The notes under the pieces: generated by a model
Databases searched by the model: none
Seen by the model: the letters and a program-made list of their open reading frames with translations, nothing else
What the model was told of the DNA's origin: nothing
In this document: positions 52,301 to 64,000 of the stretch, piece by piece
Numbering within the stretch: position 1 is the stretch's first letter
Layout: each line of letters opens with the position of its first letter
Made by a program: the position numbers and the translations under genes
Assembly: GCA_010093995.1 (NCBI GenBank)
Contig: ML992518.1
Location: 1-64,000, forward strand
Origin: Elsinoe ampelina
Lineage: Eukaryota
Direction: 5' to 3'
Length of the DNA: 64,000 nucleotides

Positions 52301-55016
52301 TAGAGCGCTATAGCCGAGAAAAAGAACCTTAAGATCTTTAACACTTTTAGTATAACTAAGGATTTCTAAAGTATAAAGTATAACCTTAACAATATTAAGA
52401 AGAGTTCTAGTATTAACTACGAAGATTATAACGTAAAGAAATTCTTTAACGCCTTAGTCCCTAATTTCTCTTTAGCTACAATTCTACTATAGTACTACTT
52501 TAATAGCTTTATACTTAGTTATATAATCCGCTATAAGAATATATTTATAGTTACTAAGTTAGACTACTATTTCTCTAGAATCTTTAATAAGAATTAACTT
52601 CTACGCCTAGACTATCTACTATTTAGGAATCCGTATATAGTTAAGAACGAATAACGCTAATAAGTTATAGTATTAGCCTATAAGGTTTACCTCCTAAGCG
52701 GATTAGAAGTCTAACGTCGCCTCGAGCTTAACCTAGAGAAATATAAATACTCTAACCCTATAGTATAGAACTAGCTACTATAAGGAACTAACTACTACGC
52801 TACTTATAAGGCTCTAGCTAGTATTAGGCTATACCTCTCGAAGTTCTAACCTATTAAACAAAGCATCTACGTCCTAATATAACTTTTTCTATAAACTAAG
52901 CGGAATGCCTACTACTAAGCGCTCTAAACTAACCTATATAATATTAATACTTATTATTCGAGTTTTCTAGTGTAGGTAATAAGCTTCTTTAAATAGGAAA
53001 AGAATAAATTTATTAACCTACTATAAGAAGTAGTCGAAAGGTAGAAGGGTAAGCTAAAGACTATAGTCTAGAGTAATTATAACTCTATCGATCTAATTAA
53101 CGAGGTAGTAGTATATAGAATAGAAGACTTAGTTAACCCGTACTAGCCCTATAGAATGTCTACGACGTCCCTACTAGAAGCGCTATTAATAAGATTATTA
53201 ATTAGTTAGACGTAAATAGCTAGAACTATAAGCTATATAATAGAGATAATTTTAACAAAGACAACTACCTAATTATAGGTATAACTAATCTTACGAGAGA
53301 ATCTAGTCTTATCGTAGTTAACGACTAGACCTCTATCGACCTTATAGTATTAAAGAACTAATAAACAACTAAGAGCGTCGCTAGAGATACTAAAAACACT
53401 ATTATAACTCTAAAACCGAATTTAGGAGAAGAACTAGTACTACGTAAGGTATATAAGTAATATAATAAGGAGAATAATTAAGAGAGCCTAGGGGAGATAC
53501 CTCTAGAGAAACTTAACTAACCTTCGGCACTAGAGAAGCTATAACCTCTATAAAGCTAAACTATAATTTAACCCGATAAGATCTAAGAGCTACCCGATGC
53601 CTCTATCTACTCGGCGATATAACCTAATAGTATAACTAATATTCCTATAGAGAAGTAACTAACCCTAAAGAAACTAAAGCGATAACTCGATAATATACTA
53701 CTACCTAGTACTCTACTACCGCGACTAACTCCCTAGAAGTAACTATTAGCTTAAAACATAATCGACCTTATAGGAGAAGAAAGTAACGTCGGGGTAACTA
53801 AATTAGAGTAGTATAAGCTAGAGGACAACGATAATCTAGAACCTAGACTCTATAAATTCGAAGCGGCCTTTTAAGAAGCTAGAGAAACGAAATATATCCT
53901 AACTAATACCTTAAGCTCTAAACTATAAGATTTCTTCGTTTAATATAGCCTACTAAAACCTATACCTATAGATACTACCTAACTAGTACTAAATTACATA
54001 TTCCTTAATAAAAACTAGACTAGGCTAGCCTTTACTAGTTTTAATTAGCGTAATAGACTAGAACAACTTTAAAAGCTAGAATAGAAGGTACTAAAGCGAC
54101 TCTACGAAGACTATAACAACGCTAATAAGTATAGGCCTTCTAAGCAGCAAGTATAAGAGAAGAATAACCTCTACGAATAGTTTAGTAAAGAAGATTAACT
54201 AGCGTAAGAGACACTTATATAAAAGAAACTAAGCAAAAGGCAACTATTAACGTAAAGATTACTAAATAACTAGCATTCTTAGCTAGGCTAGGTAAAACCT
54301 CTATCCTAAGCGTAACTATATATATATAGCTATATAATCTTCTACGAGGATTTAATTTCTAGATCTACTACGCTACTATTAGTACTAAAGACAAATAAAC
54401 TAACCTAACTACTAGCTAGAGAAGAACGTAGTAAACCGACCCCTCTCTAATATAAATATATAGAGGAACTACTAGTTATAACACTACTAGGAGTAACTAA
54501 GTAGTAGATACGAGATAAGTAACTTAGCGAAGATAAACATTAACTAGAATAAGTTATAGTAGTTAATCCCTATAACTATAGGACTTATAGGTCGGGCTAA
54601 GAAACGAGAAAGTTTAGTACCTATAGATTAACCTTCTATAACCTCTACTCCTAACTAGTACTATATAACTAAATCGTATAAGCTATACTAGATAACGCTA
54701 TCGAGACTATAGTAGTTACTACTTACTAAGCCTTAGACGTAAGAGTAAGAGCTATAGAAGAATAAGTCGTATATAATATACAAGAATATAATATATAGAC
54801 ACGACATATAAATAAGATAGTAAGAGTAGTAATAGACACAATAGAGATACTACTAATTATAAGAGAGATAATAGAGGATATAGACATAGAGAACAACTAA
54901 GAAGCATTAGGGACAAACAACCGAGATAGTCGTTTAAAGTAGATAGTTAGTAATAGCATCGAGATAGAGTAGTTAGTTAATAAGGTCGTTAACACTTTTC
55001 CTCTAGCTAGGGAATA

Positions 55017-55157
55017 TATTACTATACGGTTAACTAGAGCTTATATAGCGTAAGGCTTAGCATAGGATATATAACCTAAGATAGCTTTCTATAGTAATTA
55101 TTATACAACTATATCTTAATACACTTTTTATTACTAACCGTTATAGTTTATATAATA
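55017..55157 (+). repeat. 3' LTR of Gypsy B
   Basis: Near-identical to 21216-21346 plus 40713-40722; ends TA..TA (RIP of TG..CA). Confidence 0.9.
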
Positions 55158-55975
55158 AGTAGTCTCGAAAGGTAGCTAAGAAGGTAGTAGCTAAAAGAGA
55201 TATAATACTTAGGGCAAATTAGACTCGAAGGTATATACTTTAGCTAGTCGATAGAATTATTTATATTAACAAGTTAGCTTATAATAAGTATATAGCGTAG
55301 AGAAGGTATAGGTAGGCGCCTATTAGTAAGAAGTATATAAATATCTAGCTAAAGTAGTATAGTAAGAGGTAGAGCGTATTACTAGCTATTACTATTAATA
55401 GCTATCTCTCTAGTACCTTAATCTACTATAGATTAATTACTAGTAAGATCTTTATTAGCTAGCTAATAGATATAATAATACTAGAGCTTCTAGCTAGTAT
55501 AATCTTCGTTATAGATAATACTTTAATCTACTAGAGCGATAAGGTAAAGGAGCTAGTATAAGAGTATAGAAGTTACCTTAAATACCTACCGCCTTATTCG
55601 CTAGATTTTAATTCTATCGAGTAATTCTTCTTAGTACTAAAGGCGTAAGTAAAGTAATACTATAATCTAGTCGCTAGGTACGAGAAATATACTAATTTCT
55701 TAGAGCTAGCTATCTACTTATATAGCGGACTATACGCTAAGGCGTACTTTAAGAGCTATAGATATAGTATAAGGTTATAGGAGATCTATTTAGTACGTAA
55801 GAAATTACTTATATTAAATAAGTTTAATACTAAGACCTAGTAAAAACTCTTTACTACTACTATAACTACTCTATACTATACGTATACTACTCTAAGTTAG
55901 ATAAACTAAGTCTAGTTTAGTAGCTAAACTAGATTAATATCTATCTTAGCTACTAAGCTAGTTAAATTATCTATT

Positions 55976-58900
55976 ATAGCGGCTAATATAGATACTATAA
56001 GAGCTTAGTATTAGAGCGGCACTTAGTAGTAGCTAGTTCTACTTACGTAACGTACTTAAATATTCTATATAGCACTTACGTCTAGAGCTTAATAGTAATT
56101 AGTTCTACTACTAACGGACTATTTAGTTAGATAGGCGTTCTCTATATTATAATATATATAGCTTTAATATAAGGCTTTAATAGTTCTAATTACTCCCTTA
56201 TAGTTATAATCTATTAGACTCTATAGATAACTAGAACTCTATTAGCGAGGCGCCTATACCTTATATAAATAATATTATAGAGATAGACTCTATCGAGTAG
56301 ACTTCTCTAGAGAAAGAAGAAACTCTCGTAGAGTAGCTACTATACCTATACGCTAAGTATAAGCATTTAAAGCTAGAGCTTAAGGCTTAGAGCCTTAAGG
56401 AAGAGATTAAGTAAATATACTATATACGCGATATAGAATACTACTAAGGAGGTCTCGACTATAGCTCGCGTACTTCTACTAAGTCTATAGTAAGTAACGC
56501 TAGTATATAGAGCATATATAGTAGTAGCGGACTATTTATAAGGCTATTCTCTAGACGACCTTAACTAAAGGAACCTTATCTCTATTAGGGTAAGACTCTA
56601 AAAGAGGTAAGATCCTTCCTAAAGAATCTTAAGGTTATCTTTACTCTAGCCTCTAAGACTTACTCTACTAACTAGTAGAAGGTACTATATAGAGTTATAT
56701 TTCTCGTAGGCAAGCTAGATAAGATATAGTACTACTACTACTACGTAGATAGCCTAGAAGACTATACGTAGGAGTAATTCTACTAGTTTATATAGAACGT
56801 AGTTAATAACTCTATTAACTATAAAGTACGTATAACTCTTATATATAAGAGTACCTAATAACGTAAAGGCTAATCTATCTAGGTCTTTACTTTAGAACTC
56901 GCTACTCTAGAGGAGTAACTAGCTCTCTACTTAGAAGAATAAAGAGTATACTATCTCCTTACTAAGTTATAGCCTACGCTATATACTACTATTATTAAGT
57001 ACTATACTATTCTAGCTACTCGCTAAGAATTAGTATCTCTTAGCTCTTATATTAAATTATTAAACTATATAAGCTATAAGTATTTCGCCTATAAAGAGAA
57101 CTTAGACCTACTACGTAAGTATAGGACCTAAGGTAGCTCTTAAGGAGAAAACTACTACTAGTCTAGTAGTAGCTCTTAAGCTTATCGTAAGTAAGAGGCT
57201 ACTAACTTATCTACTAAATAGTTTAGTAGGTAAGGAGGCACCTCCGAAGTATAGAAGAAGAATGCTAAGTATTATAGCTATAGTAGAACTAGCTATATTA
57301 AGCCGGAGTATAGATAGAAGTACTTATAGAAAGATAAGGAGTTATAGGTAGTATATAAGGTAGCTACTATAGATAAGGTTAATAACTCTAAGCTAGTAAA
57401 CTCTAAGGGCTTAGCTAATAAGCGTAACTAAGCTCTACTTCCCTTTTAATTAACGCTTACCTATCGCTACTCTATTATAGCGCTATTATAGCGCCTATAG
57501 GCTATAAAGACTATATGTTCCTTATAGACAATTATATAGAAGTTAATCTTATATCTTAGGTATTTACCCTTTACTACGATCTACTAAGGGTTAAGTATAC
57601 TTAGTACTTAAGTATATCTTTCTTTATAGAGTAAGCTAGATTCTACTATAGTATATACTATCTTTATATATGTCTAGTAGACTTCTATAGTAACCTTAGA
57701 GAGACAATTAGCCTCTTCTACGCTATAGACTTAGGACTAGGCCCTCTAGCTATTTTAGAGCGTCTATAGTAGAGAAGATAATATATAATTATAGATAGTA
57801 CTACGGATAACTAGTTATATAGCTACTCCTTATATATAGTTTACCTACGCGAACTAGAAGACTTTATAAAGAACCTCTAGAACGAGCTAAAAGTATACGC
57901 TATAGTATAGACTCTATCTAAGGACTATACCTACGCTATAGGTAACCTAGCTTTACTATTAGAGTTTATAGAGTTCTTTAATATCTTTATCTATAAGAAT
58001 ATTACTAAATTACTATACCTACTAGGCGCCGAGTATATAATTAAGCTAGAGTCTAGTAAAAGGCCTCTATTCTAGCCCTTATATAACCTTTTAGTTAATA
58101 AGCTAGAAGTACTTAAAGACTATCTCGAGACTACTAAATTAAATAGGTAAATCTAGCGCTCTATAAGTAAGGTAGGTACTTCTATCTTATTCGTACTTAA
58201 AAAGAATAGTACTCTACGCTTATACGTAAATTACTAGGGCTTAAACGAGGTAACTATTAAGAATTATTACTTACTTCTACTTATTAGTAAGATACTTAAT
58301 CGGCTTAGGTAAGCTTAGTAGTTCTCGAAGTTAGATCTAAAAGATACTTACTATAGAATCTCTATTAAGTATAGTAATAAGTAGAAGACTATATTCTATA
58401 TATACTATAGCTATTTTAAGTACTTAGTTATACCTTTTAGATTAACTAACGCCCTAGCTACCTTCTAAGCGTATATTAGCAAGGCGCTAGATAGGCTAGT
58501 TAATACTATCTATATTATCTACCTTAACAATATTCTTATCTATAGTAATTTAAGAAAGAACTACGTATATTACGTTTATAAGATTCTAGCGAGGCTATAG
58601 AAGTTTACTTTATATACTAACCTTAAGAAATATAAATTCTTTACTAAGGAGGTAGAATTCCTTAGCTATATTATCTCTACTATAGGCGTCTCGATAGATC
58701 CTAGTAGAGTAACTATAATTAAGAATTAGCTAAGGCTAAAGAGTTATTATAAGGTCTAGTAGTTTACTAGCTTTATAAACTTCTATTATTACTTCGTATA
58801 GTACTACTCTAAGATTATTACTTCTCTCTCTAGCCTTTTTAAAGGCTTAGTTAAAGGTCGTAAGTATAGCTCTTTTATATAGAGTATAAGTAAATAGTAG

Positions 58901-60350
58901 GCGTTTAAAGACATTAGGGACGCCTTTACGTATATCTCTATTCTCTATTACTATAATTCTATACTACCCCTATATATTAAAAGTAATATATTAAAGTTTA
59001 TAGTAGTAGCGATCCTATCCTAGCTATTTAATAGTACTTAGTACCTAATTACCTTTTAGTCGAGTAAGTTTATCCTAGCTAAGTATAATTATAAGACGTA
59101 TAACTAAGAGCTATTAGTAATCGTATATATATTTAAGTAATAGTAATACTACCTCGAAGGTACCTCGTATATAATTTAAGTACTTACTAACTATAATAAT
59201 CTCCGAGGATTTATAAAGCTAAAATAGCTAAATAGCTAATAAGCTTACTAGGCTACCTTTCTTACTACTTTTAACTTTATAATAGAGTATTAGCTAGGTA
59301 CAAGAAACCTAGCTAATATACTCTCGAGGCGCTCTAACTACGTAGCTAAGGAGTAGAAGGTGTCTTATCTCCTTTTAACTCTTTAGAATAAGCTCTAGAT
59401 CTAGGACTAGACTACTAACTCTAAAGAAGCTACTCTACTAGTTAGACGTATTTAAGCTATATACAAGGCTGCCCTAGAGTAGACCTAGGCCGCCTATACG
59501 CTATATAAAGGCAAAATCTCTTCTAAGAACTCCTAGGGCCTTATAACAACTTAGTAAGTTACTATTATAGCGACAGTAAGGGAGGATCCCTTTAAAGATC
59601 TATCTATCGATTTATTATTAGTTATAGAGCTACTATAGAGATAAGACTCTAAAGTTATAAAGCTACGTTTATAAGTAGAAAGTAGTAGAGATAAGAGTAA
59701 GGCGCTATAGAACCTATAAGATAACCTCTTATTCTACTAGGACGTATTAGTTATTCTAAATAATAGTACCTTAAGAGCGTAGGTACTATATATATACTAT
59801 AATAGCGAATAGGCTAGTTACTTTAGTAAAGATAAGACGCTTTATCTCCTCTTATAGAAATACTTCTAGCTAACTATAAGAAAAGACATTAATAACTATA
59901 TATAGTTATACTAAGTATATTAGAAATATAAGGCACGCCGCTATTACCTCTATAGTAAGCTACGTACGCTACTAATACTAGACCGCCTATAGTAAGAAAT
60001 TATAATAGATTTTATTACTAACCTACTACCGAGTAAGTAAGGTAGTAGTATCTATAATACGATACTAGTAATTATAGACTATTATACTAAGATATTACTA
60101 TATGTCTCTACTACTAAGAAGTGTATATCTATAGAGCTAGTAGAGATTCTATGTAACTACGTTATTCGCTATTATAGTATCCTAAGAGGAATAGTAAGTA
60201 ATTAAGGATTAGTCTTTACTAGCTAGTTCTAGAGTAAATTCTATTATAAAACGTATATAAAGCGTAGGCTTAGTATAGCCTTTTACTCGTAGATAGATAG
60301 TTAAACTAAGTAGTAAAACTAGATATTAGAATAGTACCTAAGGTACTACT
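55976..60350 (+). pseudogene. RIP-degenerate gag-pol of Gypsy A
   Basis: CCHC knuckle relic ~57270-57312 (KYYSYSRTSYIKPEY from KCYSCGRTGHIKPEC). RT motifs LRLYVNY*GLNEVTIKN ~58212 and YLNNILIY ~58519. RNase H, integrase MDFI-like ~60005. Breaks at YLRYY near 60350. Confidence 0.85.
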
Positions 60351-63300
60351 TATTAGAGGTAGATTATATTAATACTAGTAAGTATATATAATAATTAACT
60401 TATAGTAGTATAAGGATAGCTTTTAATTAGTAGTATAAATAATACTTAAGGAAACTATCTTTCTCCGCTAGTACGTAGTAAGATTAGAGCCTATATATAT
60501 AGGCTATCTAAAGCTAGCTAGACTTTAGATCCTTATACCTAATTAGAAGCTTATACCTTATCTCTAAAAATCCCTATAATATTACCTCCCTCTCTAAGCT
60601 AATATTCTTAGTAGCTAGCCTCGATAAAAACCTATTAGCCTTTATAACTATTATAGGAAAAGAGTGTCTAGTATTACTACTTTATCTACTTATATCTCTT
60701 ATATAATTTTTGCGTAGTTCGTATATAATTAGTAAGGTTATTACAGCTTTATTACTTCTAGAAAAGTAAGTAATATATGCTTTATTTAGGCTTTATTTAG
60801 AATTTTTGCATCCTAGGCCCTTAGTGCTAGAACTGCCTTTATTACGTAGAATAATAATAATAAATATAGCTAGAATATATTTCTATAACGCGCCTATACT
60901 TCTTAACTTCCTTAATAATACTTATTACGTATACTATACCTTCTTTACCTATTATAGTTACCTTTAGTAGACTAATATATATTAGCTCTACTACTCTTAG
61001 TTACGCCTATAACTATGCTTTTCGCTACTAAGTTACCTATAATATAACTACGCTCCGTATACTAACTTATATATACTATATATATAAGATCGTAAAGTAG
61101 AGTATAGTTTATAGTAGGCTAGACCTTAAGAGGTGTAACTACTATACTAGTAGTAATAGATCTTTCTATACCCTAGTAAGGACTTTACTAAGTAATACTC
61201 TCCTACGATATTACTAATACGCTTAGGTTTAACTTTCTATTACGTTTAATAGTTACGTTAAGCGCGTATACTAGTTCTATAATACCTATATCTAGGCTAT
61301 TAATACTAGTACCTTTCCTAGGAATAAGAGAAGCTAAGACTCTACTATCTAGCGTATAGGCTTAGCTCTTATACGCGCCTAGTATACCCTTACCTAGTAG
61401 CTTAAGTATTATAGGCATATTATAGCTCTTAGAGAAAATCCCTTAGAAATACTAACTAAGGTACCTAAGTCTAGCTCTAATATAGAGAGGCTATAGCTAT
61501 TAGAGTAGAGGAGGATTACTAATGTCCTAGAATAGATAGCTATTTAGTAGTTTAGCTACGTAAGTTTATACCCTACTTACTTCTAGTTTATATACTAATA
61601 GCTAGAATAGCCTAGTCCTCTTAGGTTTAGTAGTAGTACTCCTAGTAGTAGGCCTTACCTATACTTTAGGCCTAGTAGTAGTCCTAGGGGTAGTAGTAGT
61701 AGTAGAGGTAATAGGGGTAATAGTAATAGAGGTAATAGTAGTAGAGGTAGTAGCGTAAGTTTATACCTACCTATTACCTATATTATATACTAATATCGTA
61801 GCTAGAGTAGTAGAGGTAGTAATAATAGTAATAGGGATAGGGATAGCTCTAGCCCTAATAGAGATAGGGAGAATAGAGATAATAAGGATAGTAATAAGGA
61901 GTTTAGTAGTTTAAGTAATAAGGATACTAATAACTAGATAGACGTAGTATAATTGCTATTATATATTATATTAATCGCTTACTAATAGTATAGCTAGGAT
62001 AAAGAGAATAACTTAGATATTATTATTAATAAGAATAAGAATAAGAATAATAAGTAGTTATTACGCTTATTACTTATAGGTTAGCTATATAAAGTATATA
62101 TAGTATAGGTGTTTCTAGCGTTATTCTTATAAAGATACTAGGCTAAAGAGCTATAGATAGAAATAGATAGTCTTAATCCTTAAGCTAATATTCCTATTAA
62201 AGTTATAAAGCTAAAGTCTCTAGTACTAAGTATCTTATTATAAGTATATAATAGTATTACTACGAGTTATCTACTATCTACTACTAAGTTACTTATTCTT
62301 CTCTTAACTCTAGCTATACTTACTACTTTCTCTAAACTCTCTTAATAAGTTATCTATCTCTTTAAAGTTCTTTTTCTTTATCTATAAGCTCTTAGTCTTA
62401 TTATACCTCTCTTACTTAAGTAGATATTTCTTCTTTCTTATACGTATAGTATACTTTATAAGAATCTTTTCTATATACTAAACTTGTTCTCTATCTTCTA
62501 CTAACTCTAGGGCTTTTATATTTAGTAATTCTTCCTCTTCCCTAGAGTAAAAGAGCTCTAGGAGAGATATATAAAATACGTTATATATACGATAAGAGCT
62601 TAGTAGCTATAGGTAATATACCTAAGAGTTAATTGCTTCTTTAATACGAAATAGGCCTATAAATTTGTCTATTAGCTTTCTACTTAGGGCTTTAAGCTTA
62701 AGGTTCTTTATATTTAGCTATACTAAGTCCTTTAGCTTAAACTTTATTAGGGTGTACTTCTTATTATAGTATTAGGTTTAATACTTAACTACGGCCTTTA
62801 AGCGCTCTTAAAGATTTACTTATAGTATATATATATTTTACACTTATTATATAGCTACTAGTACCTCCCCCTCTAGCTGCCTATCCTTAGGCGAGTTATA
62901 GAGGATTAGGTACTTTCCTAGAATAATAAAGAACGGAGTTTCCTTTGTTACTATATATATTAAGTTATTATATATAAATTTAGCTATATAAAGCAAATTT
63001 AGCTAATCTTTAGAATACTCTCCTATAAATACTTAGAGGTAGTATTCGAGTGTCTAATTCTAGTATTTTGTTTACCTATTAGTTTATAGATAGAAAGCTA
63101 TACTTAACCTACGCTTTACCTATAGTTAATAGCAAATTGTAGTCTAGAACTAGCTTATAAATAGAGATTCTCTATCTAATATAATTCCTTTCTATATACT
63201 ATATTTGCAAATTATATACTTAAAGTAGATATCTATAAAGTCCTTTATAGTCTATATCTCTTTAGCTATAATATAGATTACTAGCTTTAATAATCTATTA

Positions 63301-64000
63301 TAGATTACTAAGATTACGTTATATATACTACTATTATATATTATAGAGGAGAGCTTTATAATAAAGTCTAGTATAACTTCTTTAAAGATATTAGAAGGAA
63401 TAGGTAGAGATAATAGCTTACTATATAGTATATACTTTAGTGCTTTTAACCTTTAGCACGTGCTATATATCTTAATATACTTATATACTTCCTAATCTAA
63501 TAATAGCTAGTAGTAGTGTCTACTAATTAGATTATACGTTCTTATAGCGCTATAGTAGCTAGCTATACGAGAGTTATAGTATTAATATAAGATTTCTTAT
63601 CTTAGACTTAGTTTATTAGGAACATAGAGCCTGCCCTTATATATAAGAGTTCTATCTTTATATTTACGCTATACTAGCGACTTTTTACTACTTCGGGTAT
63701 ACTCTTCCTACTCTAGATCGGCTATACGTTTTAAAGTAAAAGCGTCTCTCTACTAAAGTATATAGATAGTCTATAATATTAAAGTATCCCCTACTAATAT
63801 AAGTTCGCTAGTAATAAGCACTCTTACTAGATAGTGTAGTATATATAGTATATATTCTATAGTACTAGTAGTTAGGCTAGATTCGCGTTTATAGGTTATA
63901 GGCTATTAACCTATAACCTCTAAGCTATACTTAGAGGTAGAGCTAATTCTACTAATAAGTTACACTCTTATAGTAACTAGATCTAATCCTAGTTTACTTA
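60351..64000 (-). mobile_element. Gypsy/chromovirus E, 3' portion, apparently inserted into the integrase of A; continues beyond the window
   Basis: Putative LTR 60351-~60581 (TATTAG..ATAATA) followed by a minus-strand PPT (TTACCTCCCTCTCT). Minus-strand integrase C-terminus YYNKKYTLIKFKLKDLV*LNIKNLKLKALSRKLIDKFIGLF ~62650-62770. Chromodomain YLLK*ERY ~62400-62426. Confidence 0.75.

Larger units (their letters stand above)
21216..55157 (+). mobile_element. Gypsy/chromovirus B (~14.6 kb net), 141-bp LTRs, 5-bp TSD AGTAG
   Basis: 5' LTR is 21216-21346 plus 40713-40722 (split by the hAT); 3' LTR is 55017-55157. AGTAG lies at 21211-21215 and 55158-55162. Confidence 0.88.
20788..60350 (+). mobile_element. 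Gypsy LTR retrotransposon A (outermost); own sequence ~20788-21215 plus 55163-60350, interrupted by B and cut by E
   Basis: Its sequence flanks element B on both sides across the AGTAG duplication. The 5' end at TGTAATAG (20788) is tentative because the partner LTR is outside the window. Confidence 0.6.
20740..64000. other. AT-rich, RIP-mutated transposon block
   Basis: Abrupt fall in GC, pervasive TpA, near absence of CpA/TpG, no long ORFs in the track. Gln/Trp codons are converted to TAA/TAG in otherwise recognisable TE proteins. Confidence 0.95.

Noticed and set aside
60600..60850. Copia RNase H-like words on the minus strand
   Set aside because: Weak and frame-inconsistent. The adjacent Gypsy integrase/chromodomain, PPT and LTR explain the region as the 3' part of element E.
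20740..64000. Alternative genetic code (TAA/TAG read-through), foreign AT-rich DNA, CRISPR array or Starship captain
   Set aside because: The stops, Cys>Tyr and Asp>Asn changes are the transitions expected from RIP. No repeat-spacer array or tyrosine-recombinase-like gene was recognisable.

Overview
Filamentous ascomycete (probably Dothideomycete-like) genomic DNA with two sharply separated compartments. Bases 1 to ~20.7 kb are gene-rich and intron-containing. They hold a WDR48/UAF1-like WD40 gene running off the left edge, two tandem GT34-like glycosyltransferase paralogs and four predicted secreted-protein genes. Three of the secreted genes share an uncharacterised Cys/aromatic/SP N-terminal module (five copies; four carry a phase-2 intron in the same codon). 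The two largest secreted genes appear disrupted: one by two frameshifts (one of them at a perfect hairpin), the other by an in-frame TAA. From ~20.74 kb to the end the DNA is AT-rich and RIP-mutated. It resolves by paired termini and target-site duplications into a five-level nest (Gypsy A > Gypsy B > hAT > Gypsy C > Gypsy D), plus a further Gypsy E that appears inserted in A. Several elements carry extra cargo: ~5.5 kb of sense-strand extra ORFs in B, antisense intron-containing genes in D and E, and a possible second gene in the hAT. All calls come from manual reading; family names are from motif recognition, not database searches.
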